Shown: piece after piece, positions 9,697 through 19,995 of the stretch | Numbering within the stretch: the first letter of the stretch is position 1 | How the letters are laid out: each line of letters opens with the position of its first letter | Source: Spirochaetaceae bacterium | GTDB taxonomy: Bacteria > Spirochaetota > Spirochaetia > B11-G9 | Direction of reading: 5' to 3' | Assembly: GCA_015493635.1 (NCBI GenBank) | Contig: WGCU01000041.1 | Span: forward strand, 18,212 to 82,211 | DNA: 64,000 bases | Program-made: the position numbers and the translations under genes | Notes under the pieces: model-generated | The model's database searches: none | The model's input: only the letters and a program-made list of their open reading frames with translations | What the model was told of the DNA's origin: nothing

Positions 9697-11478
9697 CTAT
9701 TTCTTGGTTTTTTCATCTCTCATTTTTGTATCAATATCGAGATATTTTGTATACCCTGCACCAATGTCTCTGAATACACGGGTAAGGAGCCATGGCTGTT
9801 CCAGAGCGTAGGAAAGTCTGTGAACTCCCATTATCCATGGGCAGTCTTCCGCTGCAATCTGGGCCGCTTCCGCATATATCTTGTCCCGTTCAGGAGACTG
9901 CTGCATAAAAGCACCTTTTTTGTAGAGTGCGTTGAATTTCGGATTATCGTAGTTGGCCGCATTCGGTCCTGGAGCTTTGTTGGGTCCGTAGTTCAACTGG
10001 AGAAAGTTCTGGGCATCCGGATAGTCAGCACCCCACGCAATACCGCCGAGCTGAACTTCGTGTTTATCTATCCTCTGCAGGAAGGTAGGCCAGTCGCCGG
10101 GAACCGCTTCCACCTTTATACCTAGATCTTTCATATTGTCTATGAAGAACTCAACCATCTGACGATGAGTAGAACTTGAGCTGTACATCTGGTATTTAAA
10201 TGTCGGAAGTCCTTTCCCGCCGGGATATCCCGCTTCTGCAAGAAGCTGTTTTGCTTTTTCCAGATTGTAGGTGGCATAGGGGTTCTTAAAGTTTGGATCA
10301 TAGCCGCCGAGTCCCGGAGGAATCAATGTCTGGGCCAGTTCCGCTCTGCCGTTGTAAAAAATCTCAAGGGCTTTTTCGTGGTTGTATGCCATTGACATAG
10401 CCTGCCTGAGTTTCTTGTTCTTTCCAAGGATAGGATCATCCATGTTGAAGAAATTGTAGGTAACATCCAGTGTCGGATTTATGTCAAGTTTAATCCCTTT
10501 ACTGATCATTTCCTTGGTCAGTTTTCCGTTTACAACGGTGGAATCGAAATTGTCTTTGGGAATCCCGGAAAAATCAATCTCGCCGTTGAGGAATTTAAGC
10601 CACTGTACACTGCTTTCTTCCAGTACATACCAGACAACTTTATCCACAAAGGGGAGTTTCTTCCCTGCGTATTTCTTAAGAACATCCGCACCGAGTTTCT
10701 TGGTTACTGCAGTCCCTGCTTCTTCGGCTGCAGGGAACTTCTGTCCGTGCCATGAGGGATTCTTGTCCAGGACATACTGGCTGTCAGGGATAGTTTCGTC
10801 ATGGTTTAAATAGTACGCGCCGGTACCAATTGGATTATTTGTCCATTCATCACCGTACTTATCCATCAGTTCTTTGGGAACAGGATAGGTAAAAGGCATT
10901 GCCAGGGTGTAGAGAATCTGGGGATACGGTTTTGTAAGGGTAAGCTGGATGGTATAGTCATCAAGTGCCTTGAATCCTTCTACAACCTTGCTGTAGTCAG
11001 CACCGTTTTTGGCCCATTCATTTAAACCTTTAATATATCCGTCATAAAGCCACCACCCTCCGGATTCATTGGCAGGATCAGCAAGACGTTTGATCGAATA
11101 CACAAAATCATGCGCGTTAACCGCTCTTCCTTTTCCTTTTGGAAATACTTCCTTAAGGGGATCATAAAAATAGGCATCCTTTCTGAGCTTGATGGTATAC
11201 ACAAGTCCGTCGGCGGATACCGTCGGCATGCTGGTTGCGATTAATGGTTCCAGCTGATAGGTGTCTGCCGTATACTTGTACTGAAACAGTGCTTCACCGA
11301 TATCACCGTAAATGGATGCGGTGTAAAGGTCAGTCATCTTTGCAGGGTCAAAGGGCTGGATTTTTGACACGACATAACGGTGCAGTACTTTCACTTCCTT
11401 CGGTCCCTGGCTGCAGCTTATCAAAGCCATTCCCGCCAGAACTACCAAAAGAAGGGAGATAAACAATTTTCTTTTCAT
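9697..11478 (-). CDS. oppA: Oligopeptide-binding lipoprotein OppA (family 5 solute-binding protein)
   Basis: 593 aa. Lipoprotein signal MKRKLFISLLLVVLAGMALISCSQG. The length and position (first gene of the opp operon) fit OppA. A GGAGG ribosome-binding site lies upstream. Confidence 0.8.
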   Translation of the reverse strand: MKRKLFISLLLVVLAGMALISCSQGPKEVKVLHRYVVSKIQPFDPAKMTDLYTASIYGDIGEALFQYKYTADTYQLEPLIATSMPTVSADGLVYTIKLRKDAYFYDPLKEVFPKGKGRAVNAHDFVYSIKRLADPANESGGWWLYDGYIKGLNEWAKNGADYSKVVEGFKALDDYTIQLTLTKPYPQILYTLAMPFTYPVPKELMDKYGDEWTNNPIGTGAYYLNHDETIPDSQYVLDKNPSWHGQKFPAAEEAGTAVTKKLGADVLKKYAGKKLPFVDKVVWYVLEESSVQWLKFLNGEIDFSGIPKDNFDSTVVNGKLTKEMISKGIKLDINPTLDVTYNFFNMDDPILGKNKKLRQAMSMAYNHEKALEIFYNGRAELAQTLIPPGLGGYDPNFKNPYATYNLEKAKQLLAEAGYPGGKGLPTFKYQMYSSSSTHRQMVEFFIDNMKDLGIKVEAVPGDWPTFLQRIDKHEVQLGGIAWGADYPDAQNFLQLNYGPNKAPGPNAANYDNPKFNALYKKGAFMQQSPERDKIYAEAAQIAAEDCPWIMGVHRLSYALEQPWLLTRVFRDIGAGYTKYLDIDTKMRDEKTKK

Positions 11479-11529
11479 CTATTCCTCCATATGATTTTTT
11501 TTCAGTATGAAGGGTAATTTGTAATTTGT

Positions 11530-13629
11530 CTACATATTTGTTAATTTTTTAACTTTTACTATCTGTGATTCGAATTGCTCAGCTTCTTTATGAATGATAC
11601 TGATAAAAGTATCATCCTTTATGGTTCCTATAACCGCTTCCATCTCTTTTGGTGTTTCAAAGGTAATTCTCCGGTACTTGTTGGTATAATCTTTCAGTCT
11701 GCTTTCGTAGGTATTTTTCTCTATAAGATGCTGTATGGTGAGAGCTGAGTCCAGAGATTTTTCCCAAAAACCCAGTGTTAGTTCTTTTCCTTCCATGTTA
11801 TAGAGGGAGATAAGGGAGGCAAACGCGTGGCGGCATCTCTGTTCGATGTAGGTTTTGCTCAAGGTGTAATAACGGTTATGAACCTCTTTCCAGGAGTTGA
11901 TTTCTGAACTGAGGATGGAAGTTTTCAAACGGTTCAGATCTTCTTGCTGAAGAAGCTGCCCCCCGATATTAACCCAGGAGGAGCGGGCCGCGCCGGTAAA
12001 TTGTTTTGAAAGCTCAGTAAGGGAAAGTGAATGCTGTACAGCGTAGGAGATGATATTCTTTACAGCATAGTAGTGAATCATTTCCCGGTATATTTTAAAC
12101 GCCTTTTCTGCTTTCAGGATCAGTACATCCCGGGTAGAGTTTTCCATCCCCTCACCGAGAACTTCAAGAGATGCAATTTCCCCCTCGGTAGACGTAAGAA
12201 TTTTCTCCCCCTTTTCCATCATTGTACCGGTGTCAACATAATCGGTGAAGGAGCGGTATTTCCGGTACCAGGCTTTCCCGGTCCACAATTTTAAAAGCTC
12301 AAGACTTTTAAACATCTCCTCAACTGTATCAGGAGCAAGATAATCAAATTCGATAAACTGAGAGGTATCTTTTCTTTTGTCTCTGACCTTGAATTTCCAT
12401 GAATTCCGGGCAAGAGCGTACATATTATAGAGGAACCAGTATGCAGGCATTACAAGCAGTCTGTTCTGTGCATGATCCTGTGAAACGAGCGAAAAGGGCA
12501 TTTCAATATGGAGTTCATGGGGATAGTCTGATTTTGCGAGCAGAATAAACGCTGCGAATTTGCAGTTATGTTTAAGGCTTGAGCTTAATGCCGGCCAGAA
12601 TCCCCGTTCAGCGAAAATTTCGCCATCAGCTCCCCGGGAATTATGATTTGAACCGATGGTAGCACCTGCCGCAATATTTGACTGTCCCTGAAGGGTAGAA
12701 GCAATGAGGAATGAATTATTGTGGTGCTGCTCATGAAAAGGGAAAATAAGAGCACTTTGAACTTCACAGCAGGCTATTGTTGAGTTTTCACCGAGGAACG
12801 AATCAAAAAAACGGGCGCCTGACTTTAGCACTGAATAGCTGCTGACGACAAAGTTGAATGCTTTTACATCGAAACGGATCTGCGCTCCGCTTCCGATAAT
12901 ACCGTTTATCAGTTCAACACCTTCACCTATAATGGAAGGGGAATCCTGAGAACTGCTGATGGTGATATTTTTCAATACATCAGCACCGAAAATCCGCGCG
13001 TTTTCTCCCGTTCTTATATCCTGGATAATTCTGCAGCTTCGTATGCTTGTGTGGTCTCCTATATACCCTCTGGTATCTTCGGAAAACTGTTCCTCCCCGT
13101 TAGTGAACTCAGTAAGTTTTTTCATAAGTGCCGGATCTTCACGGTACCTGGCCCACAGATAGCAGTCAGCAGTCAGCATAGAATGAAAGGGGAGTACCTT
13201 TCTCCCCCCATTTTCATTTGCAACATGTATCCATTTCCCTGTTCCAAAGAGAGGAGTGTTTGAAAGAGTCATTTCGTCTATGTTAAAAAGGAGAACATTA
13301 TTTCCGACAATATACTTTGAAAGCAGTTTTACATTATGAATTGCGCAGTCTGAACCTATCGTTGTTGAACTGATAACAGAATTATAGATCCCTGTAGTAA
13401 GACATATACCGTCATATGCTATGGTATCTGCTGTACATTCCCCGAGGACTACTTCCCCCATAAATGTATTTCCGCGGAATTTTTCAGGTTTGAAAGAACC
13501 CTGGATATATATTGTATCCCAGGATTCTGCCTTGTTTCCATGTTGAATAAGTAATGAAATTTCATCGGGAGTAAGGTGTTTATTCATTAAATCTCCACTT
13601 CGGTACAAAATAAAATTTCCTGTTTGCAT
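11530..13629 (-). CDS. Large conserved hypothetical protein (DUF4954-like?), 699 aa, soluble
   Basis: Long clean ORF with no transmembrane segments. It contains runs resembling beta-helix/hexapeptide-like repeats. I recognise no catalytic motif. Confidence 0.45.
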   Translation of the reverse strand: MQTGNFILYRSGDLMNKHLTPDEISLLIQHGNKAESWDTIYIQGSFKPEKFRGNTFMGEVVLGECTADTIAYDGICLTTGIYNSVISSTTIGSDCAIHNVKLLSKYIVGNNVLLFNIDEMTLSNTPLFGTGKWIHVANENGGRKVLPFHSMLTADCYLWARYREDPALMKKLTEFTNGEEQFSEDTRGYIGDHTSIRSCRIIQDIRTGENARIFGADVLKNITISSSQDSPSIIGEGVELINGIIGSGAQIRFDVKAFNFVVSSYSVLKSGARFFDSFLGENSTIACCEVQSALIFPFHEQHHNNSFLIASTLQGQSNIAAGATIGSNHNSRGADGEIFAERGFWPALSSSLKHNCKFAAFILLAKSDYPHELHIEMPFSLVSQDHAQNRLLVMPAYWFLYNMYALARNSWKFKVRDKRKDTSQFIEFDYLAPDTVEEMFKSLELLKLWTGKAWYRKYRSFTDYVDTGTMMEKGEKILTSTEGEIASLEVLGEGMENSTRDVLILKAEKAFKIYREMIHYYAVKNIISYAVQHSLSLTELSKQFTGAARSSWVNIGGQLLQQEDLNRLKTSILSSEINSWKEVHNRYYTLSKTYIEQRCRHAFASLISLYNMEGKELTLGFWEKSLDSALTIQHLIEKNTYESRLKDYTNKYRRITFETPKEMEAVIGTIKDDTFISIIHKEAEQFESQIVKVKKLTNM

Positions 13630-13669
13630 TTTATAACACTATCGGGTATTCTTAAAGAGTGATTGAGAT

Positions 13670-14641
13670 ATGAAAGGATCAATTTTTCAGCTCCTTATAT
13701 TTTTACTTTTTTTCGTCGTCATTATCCTGGGTATAGGTGTTTCCTCTTATTTCCTGTGGTTTGATACGGGAACTCCTTCAAACATTCATGATATTGATGC
13801 ATTATTAGTGCTGCTTCCCCGTTATCTTTTTTACGTACTGCCCCTATCCATTTTCGGGAGTATACTTTTTTCCCACTTTATTACGCTGAACCGAAAGGCT
13901 CATGTCCTTCTTTCGTGGTTTCTCATTTTTACTATTGGCGTAGGAATTTATTTTTTCGGATTTACAGGATTACTGCATCTGGAATTGAATAAACCGGTAT
14001 CACAATCTACATCCGGGATAATTCTCTACGGTGGGAAGATAAACCCGTTTAAAAAAGGATTTGTGTATGTGGGGAGTCTGGATGCATCCGATGCGTACAG
14101 CATTGTACGTGAAAATCCGCAGCAGTTTCCCTCTTTTTCGTATAAAGACAAAATTAAATTGAAAGATCTTAAACATGAACTTTCTGTAAATGTTCAAGGC
14201 TCTGCTTTTCAGCAGCGTCTGGCCGGTAATCCCTATTTTTCGGGTATTTTTACTCCTCCTCCGTTTCTTACCAGTCTTATCTCGGATATACAGGGATTCA
14301 ACGCTAAGATGAGAAGTCTTTATAACCGTTCCCGGTACTTTTTCCTCTTCGCGGTTGCGGCCCAGGTATTTTTAGCTGTTACCTGCTGGAGTCTTCTTCG
14401 GATTTCCAGGTGGCCTCTCATTAATGCTCTTTTTTCTCTTGTTCTTATCAGGGGATTGTTTGCTTTCTTTTCTGTATGGGAGAGTGATGCGGTTCAGGGG
14501 AAATTCGGTTTTATTCATTCAGATATGGTAAAGGATAATCTTTTTTCAATACTACTGCTGTTGATTGCTGGACTCATTATTTTTTTTAACAGCCTTTTTC
14601 TGCTGTCAGAATATTCTTCACGGGGAAAGCACAATGATTAA
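13670..14641 (+). CDS. LptF/LptG-like (YjgP/YjgQ family) permease, 323 aa
   Basis: The topology is 3 TM, then a roughly 140 aa soluble domain, then 3 TM. This is the LPS-export permease LptF/G layout. It sits next to a second such gene and to murA, in what appears to be a diderm organism. Confidence 0.4.
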   Translation: MKGSIFQLLIFLLFFVVIILGIGVSSYFLWFDTGTPSNIHDIDALLVLLPRYLFYVLPLSIFGSILFSHFITLNRKAHVLLSWFLIFTIGVGIYFFGFTGLLHLELNKPVSQSTSGIILYGGKINPFKKGFVYVGSLDASDAYSIVRENPQQFPSFSYKDKIKLKDLKHELSVNVQGSAFQQRLAGNPYFSGIFTPPPFLTSLISDIQGFNAKMRSLYNRSRYFFLFAVAAQVFLAVTCWSLLRISRWPLINALFSLVLIRGLFAFFSVWESDAVQGKFGFIHSDMVKDNLFSILLLLIAGLIIFFNSLFLLSEYSSRGKHND

Positions 14642-16439
14642 TATTCCTAAGCGGACTTTTATCGTTTTGCTTGCTGTATATGCTGCCGCTTTCCTGATTT
14701 TTTTTGCGGTTTCTTTCTTTTCGTACCATAGTGTTTCTATTGCCGCAAAAGAGCTGGACCATCATGGAGAAAAGCAGTTCAGATATTCCCTCTTGCTGCA
14801 GGAGCACACAGGAAGGTTTCCTCTAAAGGCTGGTAATCCACCTGTACTTGATACGTTTACCATGCGGTGGATCACCTACAATACGGTAATTCTGTTTTCC
14901 AGGTACATGCTTGCCCTCACTCTTACAGGGATTCTCTTGTGCTATTCGCTTCTATTTCCATATCAGCTCGGTGATGAGAGTGCCCGGATTTCCTTTTTAC
15001 AGCTTATAGGGAAAAATATCATTCTTCTTCTCGTTTTGACGGTTGTTTATTTCAGTTTACATGAAGGTTTCAGTCCTTCACTGAAAAAAGCACAGCAGGA
15101 AATGACTGCTGACACTGATATTGCCTTGACCTTTTACCATGAAGGCCTGGAAAATATGAAAGCCGGTAAGTATGCTGAAGCGCACACTTCTTTTTCTTCT
15201 TTCCTCGTTCTGGACAGGGATAATAAAATAATAAAAGAAGCGTTTGACTGGACTGCCGCTCAAATGAACATAAAACCTGTTCAAAAGACCGTTCCTGCTG
15301 GAACAGTTTCTACGGTGCAGAAGATGCATTACATCAAGGATGCAGAAGGTTATTTTAAAAATAAGGATTATTTTTCAGCATATTACTATGCTTTTCTTGC
15401 TTCGGAAACAGATGAGAAGAATCTGAAAGAGAAAGCATTACGGTTGATGGCAGAAACAGAGAAACAGATATCGACATTAAGAGCGTTAAACACCGATGAG
15501 GAAAAGCGTAAATATTATCAGCGTAAGATGGATGCGGTCAAGGATCTAAATTCCGGCCGCTACTATGATGCATATTATGCTTTTAAGCAGCTTTCCCATG
15601 ATTTTCCCGGTGACAGGGATCTGAAGGATTTTTTCAAAAGAAGCAGAGAAGAGGTTGAAAAGAACTATTTTTTTGTGGATGAGATCAAAAAATATTCCGG
15701 TTTACCCGGAGTTAAGAATATTATCTATGTTCAGAAAAGCAGCGGGGGGAATTTTGCCCTCGTTAAGATAAAGAAGTTTATTCAGGCAGAGGATGGACGG
15801 TATTTCTTTTCCATAGAAGTCCTCACCTTTTCTCCGGGTAAAGGGGTCGTTGAGCATTATACCGCGCCTTACGGTAAATTAAGTAATGACGGATATATTA
15901 TTCTCAAAGCAATTGGAAAAAACGAAAAAAGAGTGTATGCACCAAAATTTATCATGCGGGACCCCTCTGCAAAAAACCGGTCAGAAAATATTTCGGCGAT
16001 CAAACTTCTTCCTTATCCCGGAGATCTTGTGCTGCTGCGGAAAAACGGAATGAGGGATAGCGCAACAGTTCTTGATCTTTTTAATATGTGGAGAACGGTT
16101 GGAAAATTCGGCTATCTGACAACTCCCCTGGAGATCTCTCTCCTGGAAAGTATTCTTCGCCCTTTTACTTTTTTTATTTTTTCTCTGTTTGCAATAAGTA
16201 TTGGATGGTTTTTTAGAATACGGAAACGGCGGATGCCTTTTGCCGCGGTCCTGCTTATCCCGCTTCTTCCCTTTGTCCTTCATAAACTTCTACTGCTCTA
16301 CCTTTTCAGTTCCAAAGGTTTTTATGCTTTTTTTCTCTTAAAAACAGGATTTACTGTTTCTCTTGTCATTTTACTCAGTGTTCAGGCTGTTCTGATTTTT
16401 TGGGCCCTTGTAGAAATAGCGCGGCAGGGAAAAAGATAG
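14634..16439 (+). CDS. LptF/LptG-like permease with a roughly 350 aa inserted soluble domain (TPR-like helical content)
   Basis: 3 TM, then a large insert rich in Y/K/E helices, then 3 TM. The ATG at 14634 overlaps the upstream stop (ATGATTAA) and is the preferred start. The ORF track start at 14565 lies inside the upstream gene. Confidence 0.4.
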   Translation: MINIPKRTFIVLLAVYAAAFLIFFAVSFFSYHSVSIAAKELDHHGEKQFRYSLLLQEHTGRFPLKAGNPPVLDTFTMRWITYNTVILFSRYMLALTLTGILLCYSLLFPYQLGDESARISFLQLIGKNIILLLVLTVVYFSLHEGFSPSLKKAQQEMTADTDIALTFYHEGLENMKAGKYAEAHTSFSSFLVLDRDNKIIKEAFDWTAAQMNIKPVQKTVPAGTVSTVQKMHYIKDAEGYFKNKDYFSAYYYAFLASETDEKNLKEKALRLMAETEKQISTLRALNTDEEKRKYYQRKMDAVKDLNSGRYYDAYYAFKQLSHDFPGDRDLKDFFKRSREEVEKNYFFVDEIKKYSGLPGVKNIIYVQKSSGGNFALVKIKKFIQAEDGRYFFSIEVLTFSPGKGVVEHYTAPYGKLSNDGYIILKAIGKNEKRVYAPKFIMRDPSAKNRSENISAIKLLPYPGDLVLLRKNGMRDSATVLDLFNMWRTVGKFGYLTTPLEISLLESILRPFTFFIFSLFAISIGWFFRIRKRRMPFAAVLLIPLLPFVLHKLLLLYLFSSKGFYAFFLLKTGFTVSLVILLSVQAVLIFWALVEIARQGKR

Positions 16440-16450
16440 TAATAGTGCTT

Positions 16451-17764
16451 TCATTCAGTTCGTTCGATCTTTGCACCGAGGGATTGAAGTTTTTCAGGAA
16501 GGTTTTCATAACCTCTTTCTATCTGATAAACATTCTGGATTTTGCTTTTGCCCTCAGCGCAGAGAGCGGCAATAACCATGGCCATACCTGCTCTAACATC
16601 GGGAGAAACAAGTTCCGCGCCCCGGAGCCGGGCCGGGCCGCTGACAACAGCACGGTGGGGATCGCAGAGTATTATTTTTGCGCCCATTCCGATAAGTTTA
16701 TCAACAAAAAACATGCGTGATTCAAATAGTTTTTCATGGATAAGAACCGTACCCTCCACCTGCGTAGCAACAACAGTCATAATACTTGTCAGGTCAGCTG
16801 GGAACCCCGGCCATGGAGCATCATCGATTTTGGGAATCATTCCACCCAATTCGGGGCTTACTTTTAGTTCCTGTCCGGAGGGAACATAGATTGTGCTGCC
16901 GTCTGTGTCCCAGTGGATACCGAGTTTCCCGAATGCTATTTTTGTCATTCGTAAATTTTCAGGTCCGGCATTTTCTATTTCCAGCTCACCTCTCGTAACT
17001 GCAGTCAGACCGATATAAGAGCCGACCTCCATAAAATCAGGACCTATGGGAAATTCGGTACCTTCCAGTTTTTTTACTCCGTCTATGGTGAGGATGTTGG
17101 AACCGATCCCGGTAATTTTAGCCCCCATCTGATTAAGCATTCTACAGAGATCCTGGACATGGGGTTCACTGGCGGCATTTATAATAACGGTTTCTCCTGA
17201 TGCGAGTACGGCAGCCATAATAGCATTCTCAGTAGCAGTTACCGATGCTTCATCCATAAAAATGTCTGTCCCGACAAGTTTATTCGCATTGATACGGAAA
17301 AGGCCGTCAATTTCTATTTGAGCCCCCAATGCACTAAAGGCAAGAAAATGGCTATCCAGACGTCTGCGTCCGATAACATCTCCGCCAGGAGGCGGGAGGG
17401 TCACTTTGCCTGATCGTGCAAGAAGCGGTCCGGCAAAAAGTATGGAAGCACGGATATTCCTTGCAAGCTGTGCGGGTATTTCAGAGGTACTGATATTTTG
17501 TGTTTTAAAGCTGTAGATGCCGTGGGATTTTTTCTTAATATCAACACCAAGGATTTTAAGAACCTTGAACATAACATGTACATCTTCAATTTCAGGAAGG
17601 TTTTTTAGCACCACGGTTTCATCAGTGAGCAGTACTGCCGCAATGCACGGCAGTGCAGCGTTTTTATTTCCGCTGGCGGTAATTTTTCCTTTTAACGGGA
17701 AGTTCCCTTCTATACTGTATGCATCCATCATATGCACTGTATCCCATAAAGGGGGGTGTTGCAA
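16451..17764 (-). CDS. murA: UDP-N-acetylglucosamine 1-carboxyvinyltransferase
   Basis: 437 aa. EPSP-synthase fold motifs and active-site Cys region ([26 protein letters not shown]). Confidence 0.9.
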   Translation of the reverse strand: MQHPPLWDTVHMMDAYSIEGNFPLKGKITASGNKNAALPCIAAVLLTDETVVLKNLPEIEDVHVMFKVLKILGVDIKKKSHGIYSFKTQNISTSEIPAQLARNIRASILFAGPLLARSGKVTLPPPGGDVIGRRRLDSHFLAFSALGAQIEIDGLFRINANKLVGTDIFMDEASVTATENAIMAAVLASGETVIINAASEPHVQDLCRMLNQMGAKITGIGSNILTIDGVKKLEGTEFPIGPDFMEVGSYIGLTAVTRGELEIENAGPENLRMTKIAFGKLGIHWDTDGSTIYVPSGQELKVSPELGGMIPKIDDAPWPGFPADLTSIMTVVATQVEGTVLIHEKLFESRMFFVDKLIGMGAKIILCDPHRAVVSGPARLRGAELVSPDVRAGMAMVIAALCAEGKSKIQNVYQIERGYENLPEKLQSLGAKIERTE

Positions 17765-17771
17765 TAAGTGT

Positions 17772-18971
17772 TTAATTTAAAATAAAGAAATATTCCGATT
17801 TTCCAAAAGGGTTCTTATCCATGGCTACCCTGACAGATCTGATAAATCCGCTGCCGTTATAACATTCAAACCGGACCATCAGCGTTACCTCTTTCAAATT
17901 ACGGCTTTGAATCTTAAAAGGGTTTTCGAAGATTTTTGGAAAAACTACTGACCGGAAATTGGTGCATTCGGCTGGATATTCCATGTCTTCAGTGTTTTTT
18001 GGTGTAACAAAAATCTTTGAAAAGACAGATAAAATATTCTTCTGGGAATGAATGATATCTTTCCGGTTTTTGTCTGACAGATTATTTAAAAAAGCATGCC
18101 ATTGTTTTCGTATAATTTGTCCAGCGGCGGCTTCAAGGAAGTTATTCAGATTACGGACAACGTTTGTCGTTGCTTTTTCCCTGAACTCCCTTCCGTTCCA
18201 TCTATACCAGGTAAGGTATGTTTCATAACCGGTCCCTTCTTCCAATCCGTGTTTCCATTCAATAATATCCATGATCCCGTCATTATCTATATCACTCACT
18301 TCATATTTGACGGAAGCGGTATTTTCGGTGGTGAAAAGTGAAAATCTGTTATAGCTTGAAAAGAAAATCCATTCAACTTCTGTGCCGTTTTTTGTCAAAA
18401 AGCTTATGTTAAGCCCGAAAGGATTAGATTTGTTTTTTTTAATAAAGTAAGACGTGAACGAGTTTAAGACATTCCGGGAGCCAATGGGAATTCTAAACAT
18501 TGAAATCATGGTCCCCTTGTTCTGAAGGTAAACAGAAAGAAAATAGTCGACAGGACTCCTGCCGGTATCAGCAAGGCCTGAAACATCAGAAAGACTTTTG
18601 ATATCAGCGGATATACCTTCCTGTTTCTTTATGACGAGGAGAAAAGCATCCTTATATCCATTACCATCAAGGTCATGGTATATAATCTTGATGTGATTCC
18701 CCCCTTCTGTTACCGGAGCAAAGGATGATGGAATGGTATGCCGTATTTGATATTCAATTTCCTTATCTGATAATCCCGACGGTTGTTTCTGCTCATGTTT
18801 TGCAGAGCTTTTGGTTATTGCAGCGGGTGTACTCTGTGAAGAAGGAACCGGTGCAGTAGAAGGCTGCGGTGGAATCTGATGGACAGCAACCGGAACAGAA
18901 GTACAGGAATAGAGAAAAAGTACTGCTGCGTAGAAAATTATCTTTTTCATAGCGTACGGCAAGTGTATCAA
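17772..18971 (-). CDS. Lipoprotein with two DxDxDG calcium-binding loops (FG-GAP/EF-hand-like)
   Basis: Lipobox LFLYSC. Motifs [10 protein letters not shown] and [10 protein letters not shown] low-complexity Pro/Ser/Thr linker follows the signal peptide. Confidence 0.5.
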   Translation of the reverse strand: MIHLPYAMKKIIFYAAVLFLYSCTSVPVAVHQIPPQPSTAPVPSSQSTPAAITKSSAKHEQKQPSGLSDKEIEYQIRHTIPSSFAPVTEGGNHIKIIYHDLDGNGYKDAFLLVIKKQEGISADIKSLSDVSGLADTGRSPVDYFLSVYLQNKGTMISMFRIPIGSRNVLNSFTSYFIKKNKSNPFGLNISFLTKNGTEVEWIFFSSYNRFSLFTTENTASVKYEVSDIDNDGIMDIIEWKHGLEEGTGYETYLTWYRWNGREFREKATTNVVRNLNNFLEAAAGQIIRKQWHAFLNNLSDKNRKDIIHSQKNILSVFSKIFVTPKNTEDMEYPAECTNFRSVVFPKIFENPFKIQSRNLKEVTLMVRFECYNGSGFIRSVRVAMDKNPFGKSEYFFILN

Positions 18972-18996
18972 ACAACAGGAGAATTATCCATCAGTT

Positions 18997-19995
18997 TTAT
19001 GTAAACTTTGGAAGGATCATTCTATGTATCGTTTTCCCCTGGAAATTCCCGGCAGAAGTAAAATAATCAAGGAGCCCGGGAGGAATATCCGCGTAAATCC
19101 TGTTAGTCAGATAAAAATTACCTTTTGGAGTATACTGATGGCCCAGATGGAAAATGTAATTGACGGAATCAGAGATGATGTTTCCGGTATTTCCCCGGGT
19201 AAGATACTGGGTTGTCCCAATATCAAGGGCAATTTTGTAGGAAAGAATCGTTTTATACGGATATTCTTCCGCACTGGAGATAATTTTATTCAGCTGAAGT
19301 TTGAAACATTCTATAATGATATGACCTGTGGAACCGGAAAAGGGGAAAAGGATAAGTGCTCCATACTCTGTTCTAATCCATATCCTTCCATGCAGCGGTG
19401 TAATTACCTTTTCCAGATGGTGGTAGAAATGATCCATGACATCATTGATATGTGATTTTCCGGAATGGGAAGCCCAATCCTTTATCATGTCAATTTCAAT
19501 AAACATGAGAATGAAGGTATAACTGTTCCCTTCCACAATAGTTTCCCACGTTGTTTCATGTATTTCTACCGGACCCGGATCTGTATCCTCTTCTTTGTCC
19601 TCGGCGGATTCCATAAAGTAAAATCCTATGGCACTCTTGATTCTTTTTGTGGAAAGCTCTCCACTGAGTGCTCTTCCGGGAATATAGTCGGAAGCACCTT
19701 TATGAAACAGGGCGGCAGGATCCTTAACCCAGGTTTCGGGATCGAGAATACCGTAATCGAATTTTTGCTGCCGTGTTACATAGGAGATAAGCTTTTTCTT
19801 TTCGGCGGGAGTATAACTGCTTAGATCAAGGTATGTAAAAAATAAATCCTGGTCCCGGGAGAGTATATGTTTATAATGTTTGGGGTTGTAGATAGAAAGC
19901 GCAAATGTCCGTGATTTCTGTATCTTTTTGAAAGCCTGGAGTATTTTTCTGTTTTTTGAAAAAAGGTAGATATTAGTCATTCGTCTCCCACCCAA
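18997..19995 (-). CDS. Pseudo-receiver plus degenerate nucleotide-cyclase-like palm domain protein
   Basis: The N-terminal region resembles a CheY-like receiver (DLFFTYLDLSS, GASDYI) but lacks the acidic pair and the Lys. The C-terminal part is paralogous to the neighbouring gene (FILMFIEIDMIKD, RIWIRTEYGALILF, YKIALDIGTTQY). It reads as a class III cyclase/GGDEF-type palm domain in which the GD metal motif is replaced. Confidence 0.45.
   Translation of the reverse strand: MGGRRMTNIYLFSKNRKILQAFKKIQKSRTFALSIYNPKHYKHILSRDQDLFFTYLDLSSYTPAEKKKLISYVTRQQKFDYGILDPETWVKDPAALFHKGASDYIPGRALSGELSTKRIKSAIGFYFMESAEDKEEDTDPGPVEIHETTWETIVEGNSYTFILMFIEIDMIKDWASHSGKSHINDVMDHFYHHLEKVITPLHGRIWIRTEYGALILFPFSGSTGHIIIECFKLQLNKIISSAEEYPYKTILSYKIALDIGTTQYLTRGNTGNIISDSVNYIFHLGHQYTPKGNFYLTNRIYADIPPGLLDYFTSAGNFQGKTIHRMILPKFT

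Noticed and set aside
14565-14633. 5' extension of the second Lpt-like gene
   Set aside because: It lies inside the upstream gene. The ATG at 14634 overlaps the upstream stop in an ATGA-type coupling arrangement and begins a hydrophobic helix.
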